A DNA stretch of 64,000 nt from the NCBI GenBank assembly GCA_965248265.1, contig CBDFJF010000002.1, positions 3,488,001 through 3,552,000 of the forward strand, given 5' to 3'. Source of the DNA: Candidatus Latescibacterota bacterium (GTDB taxonomy: Bacteria; Latescibacterota; UBA2968; UBA8231). The position numbers were made by a program, and so were the translations under genes. Below are positions 10,228 through 18,812 of this stretch, one piece after another; position 1 is the first letter of the stretch; each line of letters begins with the position of its first letter. The notes under the pieces were generated by a model. It saw only the letters and a list, made by a program, of their open reading frames with translations, was not told the DNA's origin and searched no databases.

Positions 10228-11180
10228 CAGCTTTCCGTCTCATCCCCGCCGGCAGAGGCGGCTGGGCGCAATGCCTGTTGCGGCATGGCTTGGAGTTCAC
10301 TGTACTCCCGCACCTCCTCTGCGACCCGTACCGTCCAGCTCCAGAATGGATCATCCAGTCGCAACTTCAACGTAGCGGGCTGTCCGTTCAACACCGCCAT
10401 CGGGTTTCCCGACGGGAACAGGACATTCTCCCAACTCGAACCGGCAATCGGTGGCTGAGTCGACAGGAAGGAGCGGTCCTCGTACCCGGCCTTGAACCAT
10501 CCCATCCATCCGCTAAGCTGGCCGGAGCGGGTCATTTCGATGGTGGCAACTCCTTCAAGTACTTTCGCGGCGGAACCGGTGCGGAAGTCGCAGCGAAAAA
10601 CATGCACACCTTCGGCCAAGAGTTGAGATGGATCAGCCCACATGTGGATCGGACGGTGCTGGGACAGATTCGACAAAGGCGTAAAGTCCAAACCATGCTC
10701 TACCGCCAATACTCGCTGCCAGCGCCCCTGAGTTTCCCCTTCTTCCGTTGGCGCAACATACAGGTCCAGCCAGGACGGAAGCAGGCGGCCTCCTGGTTTG
10801 AGGAAGCGTTCACGCGCATCGCTCAGCACAGGAATGATACTTTCCTCGAGGCCGAACGAACCGATCAACTCTGCAACCACCAGATCGACTCGTTCCGGAA
10901 GTTCGACCTGCGTGGAGTGCCCCTTCAGGAAGCGAATCTGCTCGGTCGAGATACCGTTCACAGCAACCACTTCCTCCGCCACATTGACGATATCCCCCTG
11001 CTCGATCGCATACACCCTGGAGGCTCCCAGTTGTATCGCAAAAAGAGCCAGAAGCCCGGTTCCCGTGCCAATATCCAGTACCACATCTCCCGGATGCACC
11101 GCCTCCGAGAGCGCTGTGCGAAAGGCATTGACGCGATCCAGGTCGGCGAGCATTTCGCGGTGCCAATCGATCTCCGACAA
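10227..11180 (-). CDS. Protein-arginine-methyltransferase (PRMT)-like SAM-dependent methyltransferase; start uncertain (frame open to 11276)
   Basis: HREMLAD.R, VLDIGTGTG, AIE, double-E loop ELIGSFGLEE, FLKPGG, GWF, and SSW at the THW position. Confidence 0.85.
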   Translation of the reverse strand: MSEIDWHREMLADLDRVNAFRTALSEAVHPGDVVLDIGTGTGLLALFAIQLGASRVYAIEQGDIVNVAEEVVAVNGISTEQIRFLKGHSTQVELPERVDLVVAELIGSFGLEESIIPVLSDARERFLKPGGRLLPSWLDLYVAPTEEGETQGRWQRVLAVEHGLDFTPLSNLSQHRPIHMWADPSQLLAEGVHVFRCDFRTGSAAKVLEGVATIEMTRSGQLSGWMGWFKAGYEDRSFLSTQPPIAGSSWENVLFPSGNPMAVLNGQPATLKLRLDDPFWSWTVRVAEEVREYSELQAMPQQALRPAASAGGDETES

Positions 11181-11199
11181 GGTAGCTATTTTTCTCGTG

Positions 11200-12390
11200 T
11201 CAAATACTGTCCAGAGCTGCCACAATATCCGCGATGAGATCGTCGAAATCCTCAATCCCCACAGCATAGCGTACAAGCTGGTCCGTAATGCCGATTTCCT
11301 GTCGCGCTTCCCAACTCAGATCGGAGTAGGAAACGGTAGCTGGATGCGAGACCAGGGTCTCCGCTCCCCCGAGACTGGGGGCCAGGTAGGGAATCTTTAG
11401 AGCGTGGATGAATGCCCGTGTGCGGTCGAGATCGCCGTCTATGTCGAAGCTGACGACACCACCGTAGCCATTCATCTGCTGTCGAGCCACCTCGTGATCC
11501 GGATGAGACTCATGGCCCGGGTAGTAGACGCGCTTGATTTTCTTATGCGGTGCGAGGAAGTCGGCGATGCGGCTGGCGGTTTCATTCTGTCTAGCCACGC
11601 GGAGTGCCAGCGTCTTGAGGCCCCGGATCAGAAGATAGGCGCTGTTCGGATCGCCGATCGTTCCGATGATATCCCTGAATTCCTTGATCGCGCCAATGAT
11701 CGCCGATTTTCCAGCCACCGATCCGGCCATCAGGTCGTTGTGTCCTCCGAGGTACTTGGTAGCGCTGTGGAAAACCAAATCGACACCGAAATCGAGGGGG
11801 CGTTGATTGATCGGTGTGGCGAAGGTGCTGTCGATGAGGACCTTGAGGCGTTTGCTCTTGGCGAAGGGGACGAGTTTCTCCAGGTCGACTACATGCAAGT
11901 GGGGATTGGTCGGCGATTCGGTGAAGATCAGTCTGGTCTCCGGGCGGATCGCAGCCTCCAGCGCCTGGAAATCACCCGGACTCACACCAGTGCACTCGAT
12001 ATTGAACTTACCCAGCACATCGCACAGCTGGACTGTCCGCCGATAACAGTCTTCCATGATGACGAGATGTTGCCCGCTGCGCAGCATTCCGAACAGCACG
12101 GTCGTGATCGCGCTCATGCCGGAAGAAAACAGCAATGCGCTTTCGGCGCCCTCGAGATCGGCGAGCTTGCTCTCCGCCACTTTTACCGTCGGGTTTCCGT
12201 AGCGCCCGTATTCATGACTGGAGGCCTTGCCAGCTTTGAAGTCAATGAACTCGTCCAGGTCGTCGAAAACGTAGGTTGCCGTCTGCGCGATCGCATTGGT
12301 GACCGACTTGGCTGGTTTGACCCGGTCCTCTCCTCCATGCACGGACCGTGTCGAGCTCCCGCCAGGTAGATGATTATTCGTATCGCTCAT
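11200..12390 (-). CDS. metB: Cystathionine gamma-synthase, plant-like (Cys/Met metabolism PLP family)
   Basis: YGRYGNPT, DCYRRT, ESPTNP, SATKYLGGHND and APSLGG. Confidence 0.85.
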   Translation of the reverse strand: MSDTNNHLPGGSSTRSVHGGEDRVKPAKSVTNAIAQTATYVFDDLDEFIDFKAGKASSHEYGRYGNPTVKVAESKLADLEGAESALLFSSGMSAITTVLFGMLRSGQHLVIMEDCYRRTVQLCDVLGKFNIECTGVSPGDFQALEAAIRPETRLIFTESPTNPHLHVVDLEKLVPFAKSKRLKVLIDSTFATPINQRPLDFGVDLVFHSATKYLGGHNDLMAGSVAGKSAIIGAIKEFRDIIGTIGDPNSAYLLIRGLKTLALRVARQNETASRIADFLAPHKKIKRVYYPGHESHPDHEVARQQMNGYGGVVSFDIDGDLDRTRAFIHALKIPYLAPSLGGAETLVSHPATVSYSDLSWEARQEIGITDQLVRYAVGIEDFDDLIADIVAALDSI

Positions 12391-12395
12391 ACGCT

Positions 12396-13757
12396 TCAGC
12401 GTGTTTGTGTGAGTGAGATGCTCTCGATCGATTGCATTACCTTGTCACGAACGTGGTCGTAGTCGGCATCTACCTCGACCGGCTGGTTGGCGTGTTTGGA
12501 AGTCACGTCGAACTTCTCTGTCAGGGCGCCGGCGTGATAGTCGGTCTTGAATTTCGGGAACTTCAATCCATGGGCCGTGGACACGACAACGACCTTGCTG
12601 CCACGAGCTATGACCTTACGATCCACGAGCTTGAGCAACGCAGCCAACGCTACTCCAGTGTGGGGACAGGTAAACAAGCCAGTCCGATCAGCCTGTGCAC
12701 AGGCGTTGGCGAGTTCGTCTTCCGTGGCGTGTTCGACAATGCCCTCGAACTGTTTGAGGGTTAGGATGGCTCGCTCGGCGCTTACCGGGTTGCCAATTTG
12801 AATGGCGCTGGCCAGCGTATCCTTTGCCTGCTGCGCCTCGAATACTTCGAAACCCTTCAGGTAGCTCTGGTAAAGTGGATCCGCGTTGGCCGCCTGAGCC
12901 ACGACGAGCCCGGGAAGACGGTCGATGATGCCCATCGCCTTCATCTCGAGGAATCCCTTACCCAGCGCACTGACGTTTCCAAGATTGCCCCCTGGGATGA
13001 CGATCCAATCAGGTACGTTCCAATCATCCTGCTGAGTCAACTCGACGGCGACAGTCTTCTGCCCCTCGATCCGAAGAGAGTTCATCGAGTTGGCAAGATA
13101 GATGTTCTCCTCGCGGCAAACTCGTTGAACCAATTGCATGCAACCATCGAAGTCGGTGCGCAGAGAAAGTGTTGTGGCGCCGTTGGCAATCGGTTGAATG
13201 AGTTGAGACAGCGACACGAGATCCTTGGGGAGAAAGACAATCACCGGTATGCCCGCAGCAGCTCCGTAGGCCGCCAACGCAGCGGAGGTGTCGCCGGTTG
13301 ATGCGCAGGCGATGGCGGGAACCTCCTGCCCGTCCGAGCGCATCTGCTTGACCATCGAAACAAGGACCGTCATGCCCAGATCCTTGAACGAACCTGTGTG
13401 GCTGTTGCCGCACTGCTTCACCCACAGTTCATCGATGCCAATTTCGTTGCCAAGACGCTCGGCCCACAGCAGGTTACTGCCCCCTTCGTACATCGAAACG
13501 ATGTTGTCATCGTCCACGACCGGACAGACCATCTCTTTCTTGCCCCACACCGAACTGCCGTACGGGAAGGTCGTACGCATATAGCGGCGGTCGAAGAGCT
13601 GTCGCCACTGCGAACCGGTTCTCACTGTCCGCAGGATGTCGAGCCCCTGTTGCACCTGCAACAGACTGCCGCAGCGCTGACACTCATACACGATTTCGCC
13701 AAGGGGATAGCGTTCTTCCGGGCACCTAATGCACTGGAACCAGGCGTCGTAGTCCAT
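12396..13757 (-). CDS. thrC: Threonine synthase, plant-like long form
   Basis: PYGSSVWGKKE, HTGSFKDLGM, CASTGDTSA, PGGNLGN, CPHTG and STAHGLKF. Confidence 0.96.
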   Translation of the reverse strand: MDYDAWFQCIRCPEERYPLGEIVYECQRCGSLLQVQQGLDILRTVRTGSQWRQLFDRRYMRTTFPYGSSVWGKKEMVCPVVDDDNIVSMYEGGSNLLWAERLGNEIGIDELWVKQCGNSHTGSFKDLGMTVLVSMVKQMRSDGQEVPAIACASTGDTSAALAAYGAAAGIPVIVFLPKDLVSLSQLIQPIANGATTLSLRTDFDGCMQLVQRVCREENIYLANSMNSLRIEGQKTVAVELTQQDDWNVPDWIVIPGGNLGNVSALGKGFLEMKAMGIIDRLPGLVVAQAANADPLYQSYLKGFEVFEAQQAKDTLASAIQIGNPVSAERAILTLKQFEGIVEHATEDELANACAQADRTGLFTCPHTGVALAALLKLVDRKVIARGSKVVVVSTAHGLKFPKFKTDYHAGALTEKFDVTSKHANQPVEVDADYDHVRDKVMQSIESISLTQTR

Positions 13758-13772
13758 GGTCGATGGCCCTGT

Positions 13773-13797
13773 TTACTCTGGTGGCTTACTCTGGTGG
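13773..13797. repeat. Tandem 12-bp direct repeat just upstream of thrC
   Basis: TTACTCTGGTGG at 13773-13784 and 13786-13797. Confidence 0.8.
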
Positions 13798-13891
13798 TTT
13801 GACTTGGGCGGGTCGTCAGTTCCTGTCTGCGCAATGTCAAATCTATCCCCACGATTGGACAGCGGCAAGTTCCTGCGGTCTGGCCGTATCG

Positions 13892-13930
13892 AAAAAAAAC
13901 AGCGCACCACCATTCAAGGTGATGCGCTGT
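13892..13930 (-). terminator. Intrinsic terminator after the acidic-protein gene
   Basis: ACAGCGCATCACC-TTGAAT-GGTGGTGCGCTGT followed by a T-run on the minus strand. Confidence 0.9.
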
Positions 13931-13988
13931 ATAACGGGTACGCTGGGACCGTCAACTCATGGGACGTCCATTGCCCATGCCTGCGATC

Positions 13989-15206
13989 CTAGCCGAAAAG
14001 CGCGTCGATTTCGTCCTGGCTGATCGACTCTTCGTCGTCTTCGGAGTCTGCGTCTCCCGTATCATCATCTTCTTCAGCGGCGATCTCTTCTCCATCGCCA
14101 TCTTCACCGCCGCCATCTTCATCGAGCAGAGCACTCATCTCGTCCTCTGAGATGCCAGCTCCGTCCGTGTCCTCTTCCTCCTCTGACTCTTGGATCAATT
14201 CTGCCAGGTCTTCCTCGCCGTCGTCTTCTTCTTCCTCCTCCTCGAACAAGCCATCCAGCTCGACGTCTTCCTCTTCGTCCTCCGAGGAAGCGTCATCTGA
14301 TTCTGGTGCCTCTTCTTCGAGGAGATCTCCCAGATCCACATCCTCGTCGGCCATGTCGTCGTCGTCAACGCCTTCCATGAGCTCGGCCAACTCCTCGTCA
14401 GAGGAGTCGTCCTCATCTGAATCTCCGTCTCCTGTATCGGCGGCGTCCTCGTCGACTTCGACCTCTTCAATCTCCTCTTCTTCAATCTCTTCTTCACCGT
14501 CGGCGGTCTCAGCCTCGCTCACGGCTGCTTCGCCTACATCTGCCTGTTCCAGCGCTTCCGCCGCTTCCATCGCGGCCGCGGCTTCAAGCGCGTCGTCCTC
14601 GTCCAAATCCTCCGACTCATCGATCATCTCTGCACCGATGGAGTCCACGTTTTCCTCCTCCTCGACTCCTTCCTCCTCTATCTCGATCTCCTCCTCAAGT
14701 TCAAATTCCTCGTCGTCCTCTTCATCCTCCTCGAAGAGTTCGTCGATATCCTGAACCGTTTCAGTGGATCCGGAGCCGGCTTCGAAAAGAGCATCGATAT
14801 CGCCTTCCTCGGAAGGCTCTGTATCGTCGAACAAGGTATCAAGGTCACTCTGGTCAACGGATTCGAGGGCCTCTTGCTCTTGAGGCAGCATCGAGGGAGT
14901 TTCGGCTATGGAAAGAGCACCCTCTGTGCCCCCCAGCAGACCACGCAGTGATTCGAACTCGCTGTGAAGCTTGTCCCACTGATCCGCCGTCGAAGACTCG
15001 GACAGGACACCAGCGCTACGCCGCACAAATTCGATGACGTGATTCATGTGTGGAAACGCGTCTTCGAAGACAAGAAGGTAAGCCTGGACCTTTTCGTCGT
15101 GAATATTCTTCTTGATTTGATCAAACCAGAGGTTGTTAAACAGTTTCGCCAGGGCCTCGAGAGCCTCCAGGCGGCTGACCACCTCTTGTAGTTCTTCTTT
15201 GTTCAT
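13989..15206 (-). CDS. Very acidic low-complexity protein with an N-terminal helical domain and repeated (S)QxxIDALF-like motifs
   Basis: About 100-aa helical N-terminus, then a D/E-rich tail ending in ISQDEIDALFG. Confidence 0.85.
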   Translation of the reverse strand: MNKEELQEVVSRLEALEALAKLFNNLWFDQIKKNIHDEKVQAYLLVFEDAFPHMNHVIEFVRRSAGVLSESSTADQWDKLHSEFESLRGLLGGTEGALSIAETPSMLPQEQEALESVDQSDLDTLFDDTEPSEEGDIDALFEAGSGSTETVQDIDELFEEDEEDDEEFELEEEIEIEEEGVEEEENVDSIGAEMIDESEDLDEDDALEAAAAMEAAEALEQADVGEAAVSEAETADGEEEIEEEEIEEVEVDEDAADTGDGDSDEDDSSDEELAELMEGVDDDDMADEDVDLGDLLEEEAPESDDASSEDEEEDVELDGLFEEEEEEDDGEEDLAELIQESEEEEDTDGAGISEDEMSALLDEDGGGEDGDGEEIAAEEDDDTGDADSEDDEESISQDEIDALFG

Positions 15207-15639
15207 GATTTCTGCCCCTGAGTAGTCGGCATCTCAGTGTCACTTTGGACGGTTGCCAAAGCATTCCAACCCGCCGTAGACTTCCCCGCGCTTGCTTCAG
15301 CAAGATCTGTACCGCGACTTCCAGGGTTCGCTATCGACTCCCACGGTGACTGGTGTGGAACACGATGATGTCGTTGTGACATCGCCGCACTCCATATCTT
15401 GGGGTGTGGGCATCATGACCGGCCAAGATCATCAACCTGAGACGGCCGGTACATATTTCCCGAGTGCCCCAACCAACGGACAAGCTTCCTCCTCCCCTTC
15501 CCCACCATTGCGACAACTCCAACGGCCACAGGTCCTTGTCTGACCTAATATAATAACACCGAAGGCCTCGCCGACCCACTTTTTCCCTGACCTGCCCGAA
15601 TCGGGTCGCGATGGGGATTGAATCAAGGCTTTTCCCTCC

Positions 15640-16221
15640 TCAGCTGGGTGAATGCGTAGGTGGTGGGTGGGGACTCAATAGCGGCCTGATCAGCGGTATT
15701 CGAAGAGCGACGACGGATATAATGGTCTCTGGAAAGACATAGCTGGCGTTGTAGAGCAGAGAGAACTGCCACACTGGAGTCCCTTCGGGCGCCAAATGAG
15801 CGAAATAGAGCATTCCCGATACGAAATGCATCCCAAACCGGACAACACTCGCCAGCACAACAGAGATGGCCACCATCAGGCTCGATGGAGCCAGGGATGT
15901 GCTGGTTCGAGAGATTGATGTCGCCACACCCGCTATCCCCAGAGCACCGAAGGCGAGCGGGTAATCGAGCAGAACTTGGAGAGGATGCAGAAAGAAAGGC
16001 CCGAGCGCGAAATTTACGGCGCTGTAGGCTGCTCCGACCATGATTCCCCGTCTGGTGCCGTGACGGATGGCGACAACGAGGATGGGGAGGGCGTGCAGGC
16101 TGATCGATCCTCCATACAGCAGGTGGGGTAGTTTCAGCTTGAAGAGTCCCAGAACAGCGGCCAGAGCAGTCGCCACGGCTATTTCTGCCAACATCCTGGT
16201 GTCTACGGAGCTTGATTTCAT
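15640..16221 (-). CDS. thiT: ECF S-component, thiamine transporter ThiT family
   Basis: LAEIAVATALAAVL, YGGSISL, HPLQVLLDYPLAF, HFVSG and SLLYNASY; start set at ATG 16221. Confidence 0.88.
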   Translation of the reverse strand: MKSSSVDTRMLAEIAVATALAAVLGLFKLKLPHLLYGGSISLHALPILVVAIRHGTRRGIMVGAAYSAVNFALGPFFLHPLQVLLDYPLAFGALGIAGVATSISRTSTSLAPSSLMVAISVVLASVVRFGMHFVSGMLYFAHLAPEGTPVWQFSLLYNASYVFPETIISVVALRIPLIRPLLSPHPPPTHSPS

Positions 16222-16270
16222 GCCATCCCGCAAACGCAATCGATTGTGTAAGAATGAATTAACGAAAATA

Positions 16271-16416
16271 GGGGGACGAGTTGCAAGAGCCACTACCGTG
16301 AGAGCCGGACCCCGAATGTAAATGGCCGAAGAAATCACCAATCTCGCGAAACCCTGACTGCGTTCAGACGTCCTTATGGACGCGAGCCTTACCGGTCTAG
16401 GCTCGCGCCCTCCCTT
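16271..16416 (+). ncRNA. Candidate rod-shaped structured RNA (6S RNA-like)
   Basis: Nested long-range pairings found by hand, with G-U pairs that work only on the + strand, followed by a + strand terminator (see findings). Confidence 0.45.
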
Positions 16417-16468
16417 GCGGCCAGAAGCGGCACAGTCACACCTTTTCCGTTTCTGGCCGCATCTTTTT
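16416..16468 (+). terminator. Intrinsic terminator oriented for a + strand transcript
   Basis: TGCGGCCAGAAGCGG / CCGTTTCTGGCCGCA stem followed by TCTTTTT. Confidence 0.75.
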
Positions 16469-18592
16469 CTAATTGAGTCGCTGCAGAATCATCACGCCCT
16501 GTTGTAAACTGATCAGATTGCTCAATTCCCCGGGTTCCAGCTGGAGCACGGCCTCCTCGACTTCTGCTACCATGTCGCCCGGACCGAAGTATCCCAGGTC
16601 ACCTCCCAGGTGGGCGTTGGGCGCCTTGGAAAATTGGGCAGCAAGATTCGCGAACTCTTCGCCATTGTGGAGGCGTTTCAAGATGTCGCGGGCCTCGGCC
16701 TCCGTGTGGAGGAGTATGTAGCGTGCTCGCAGCTTCCCATTCATGATCGCCCGGACGGCCTCCATATTGACGTTAATGGAGTGCAGGATATTGGGATCAG
16801 CGGTCAAGCTCTTCGTGCGCTTGTAGTAGTCGAGGGTTTCCCCGTATCGCTGCAGGCGCGAGTGGAGGAAAGCGATGTTGTTGTGGGCCTCAACGTCTCT
16901 CGGCTGGAGCTCGATGACCTTCTCGTAAGAGCTTATGGCGCGATCCAATGAATCGAGCTGGGTGTAGTAGATGCCCAGAAAACGATAGGCTTCCGAGTTT
17001 GTGGAATCGAAGCTGATGGCGGTGTCCAACTGGGCCTTGGCCTGCTGCGGGCGGCCACTCTGCAGGTACAGTAGTCCGAGATAACTGCGAATCGAGCTGA
17101 CATCAGGAGCCAGCTCACGGGCCTCGTTCACGCAGGCGAGGGCCGAGTCGATCTGGCCGGTCGCGAGGAAGGACTCGCCGAGCATGGAATACACCGGTAA
17201 CTGCCCTGGGCTCTCGCCCAGGGACTTTCGCAAGAGGCCGATCGCCTCGAGCGGGCGTGAAGACATCATGTAAAGGTGGGCCAGCCTGTTGAGGACGTAA
17301 GCGCTACCGGCACCGATGGACCGTGCCTGTTCGTATTTCTCGATCGCCGCCTGGATCTGGCCGCGCTCGGCCAGTAAATCTCCCTCTCCTATGAGCCTGA
17401 CCATCGGCGGCGTACCGTCGATTTGTGTGGTGCTGCTATTATAGTTCGAGGCGGCATCCGTGCTGGAGTTTGACTGCGCGCTCAGTTCACTCCCCGTGGT
17501 CGTCATCGACCAGGCCAGCAACAACAACGTCAGGGCCTGGCCCGGTACGCGGGCGATCTTTCGAGTCCACCGCTTACCATTCTTGCGTTGTTCATTAAGA
17601 TCCGTCGGCAACACTGTCTGCCCGCCTGCCGTATAGTCGGCACGGTTGCGCGTCGCCGACAGCGCCCACACTGCGGCACCGGCAAGCGCCGGAATAACGA
17701 CGTTGATGGCGTACAGAAGCAGGGCGCAATTGAAGCCGACGGCAGGATCGAAGTTGAGCTTGGCGAAAACGAACACTGATGCCGCCTCACGCACACCCAG
17801 ATCCAGAAAGGCAATCGGCAGGAGTGCTTTGGCCGCAAAGATGATGGGAATCGCCAGCCATAGTTCGGTTGAGGAGTCCATCCAGTCTGTCGCCAACATG
17901 AGGAATTGAAAACAGAGAAGGATCTGGAACGTCAACGACAAACCAAGAGACCGGAGCCAGAGATCTCGAGGTACCCGCATCATGGTCCCTACCGCTTCGA
18001 CCATGAAGGAACTCAGGGCTGTAGGTGCGTAGGGGAAGGAATCTCGGATTCCCCCTTCCCCTTTTCCGCGTGTCACCAGTCGGAACCCGACCACGGCGGT
18101 CGCGGAAAACGCAACCGCCACGAATGCTCCTGGTATCGGAGCCAGCCACACCAGAGCCGTCAGGCCAAGGACGACAGTGGCGGCTGCCGAACAGAGACGG
18201 TCAGCGGTGGCAGCACCAGTGGAGGCTGGGCGTGAGTCAGGTGAAAGGACAAGGCCTCGCCCGACCTCGCCAATCCTTCCAGGCGACGCCAATCCCAGGG
18301 CGAAGCCGACCAGGAGCGAGACCAGGCTCTCTTGCCCGGCCGTGTGCGGCCTGACCGATGTCAGCAGTAGGTGCCATTTCTTCCACTGAATGGCCAGTCC
18401 AATGAGGGACAGGCTAATGACCGCAACGATGGACTGTGACTGCAGTTCCCCGAGGATGATCCATACCCGCTCGGGCTCCAGAAAGATGCCGATCAAGGCG
18501 AACAGGACGACCGTTGCCAGGACCTTTAACACCAACGTTGTCAATCGGAGTCGAGGGCCTGTGCTGTCAGTCGTATTGGAGGAGGAAGTCAC
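16469..18592 (-). CDS. Fusion of a UPF0104/LPG-synthase-type flippase TM domain, TPR repeats and a parvulin (PpiC) PPIase domain
   Basis: KWHLLL, SPGRIGEVGR, DR and LGVRE in the TM part; TPR array; C-terminal FANLAAQFS...GGDLGYF...GELSNLI. Confidence 0.85.
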   Translation of the reverse strand: MTSSSNTTDSTGPRLRLTTLVLKVLATVVLFALIGIFLEPERVWIILGELQSQSIVAVISLSLIGLAIQWKKWHLLLTSVRPHTAGQESLVSLLVGFALGLASPGRIGEVGRGLVLSPDSRPASTGAATADRLCSAAATVVLGLTALVWLAPIPGAFVAVAFSATAVVGFRLVTRGKGEGGIRDSFPYAPTALSSFMVEAVGTMMRVPRDLWLRSLGLSLTFQILLCFQFLMLATDWMDSSTELWLAIPIIFAAKALLPIAFLDLGVREAASVFVFAKLNFDPAVGFNCALLLYAINVVIPALAGAAVWALSATRNRADYTAGGQTVLPTDLNEQRKNGKRWTRKIARVPGQALTLLLLAWSMTTTGSELSAQSNSSTDAASNYNSSTTQIDGTPPMVRLIGEGDLLAERGQIQAAIEKYEQARSIGAGSAYVLNRLAHLYMMSSRPLEAIGLLRKSLGESPGQLPVYSMLGESFLATGQIDSALACVNEARELAPDVSSIRSYLGLLYLQSGRPQQAKAQLDTAISFDSTNSEAYRFLGIYYTQLDSLDRAISSYEKVIELQPRDVEAHNNIAFLHSRLQRYGETLDYYKRTKSLTADPNILHSINVNMEAVRAIMNGKLRARYILLHTEAEARDILKRLHNGEEFANLAAQFSKAPNAHLGGDLGYFGPGDMVAEVEEAVLQLEPGELSNLISLQQGVMILQRLN

Positions 18593-18723
18593 CTGTTACC
18601 GTAAGCGGAGAGCTTTGAATGGCTAAGCGCGGAATGAGAGGGAGAGATCGGAGACTGTGGCCTGAGACTGTGGAAGGTGAAAAAGATGAAAATCAGGTGG
18701 GCTCGAGATGGGGTCAAGCATTC

Positions 18724-18753
18724 TTGACAGTCGCCTTCGCACCCCCCTAACTT
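18724..18753 (+). promoter_or_regulatory. Putative sigma-70 promoter
   Basis: TTGACA-N18-TAACTT upstream of the barrel gene. Confidence 0.5.
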
Positions 18754-18812
18754 TGGCGCCTCCCAAGAGTCTCTTTCCAACGAAAGAAAAAACGCGAGCG
18801 AGGTCCGACAAC

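Noticed and set aside
969-12369. Long antisense ORFs (e.g. 969..1994, 10278..11237, 11404..12369)
   Set aside because: Shadow frames of well-supported genes in GC-rich DNA, with no recognisable motifs.
13758-13990. SAM riboswitch upstream of thrC-metB
   Set aside because: No SAM-I or SAM-II core motifs visible; the obvious hairpin is the upstream gene's terminator.
16322-16357. tmRNA tag or leader peptide MAEEITNLAKP
   Set aside because: No Ala-Ala end, no tRNA-like domain and no RBS.
16345-16410. c-di-GMP-I riboswitch (GGACGCGAGCC...GGTCTA resemblance)
   Set aside because: The GNRA-capped stem and GCAAA spacing do not fit, and there is no downstream + strand gene.
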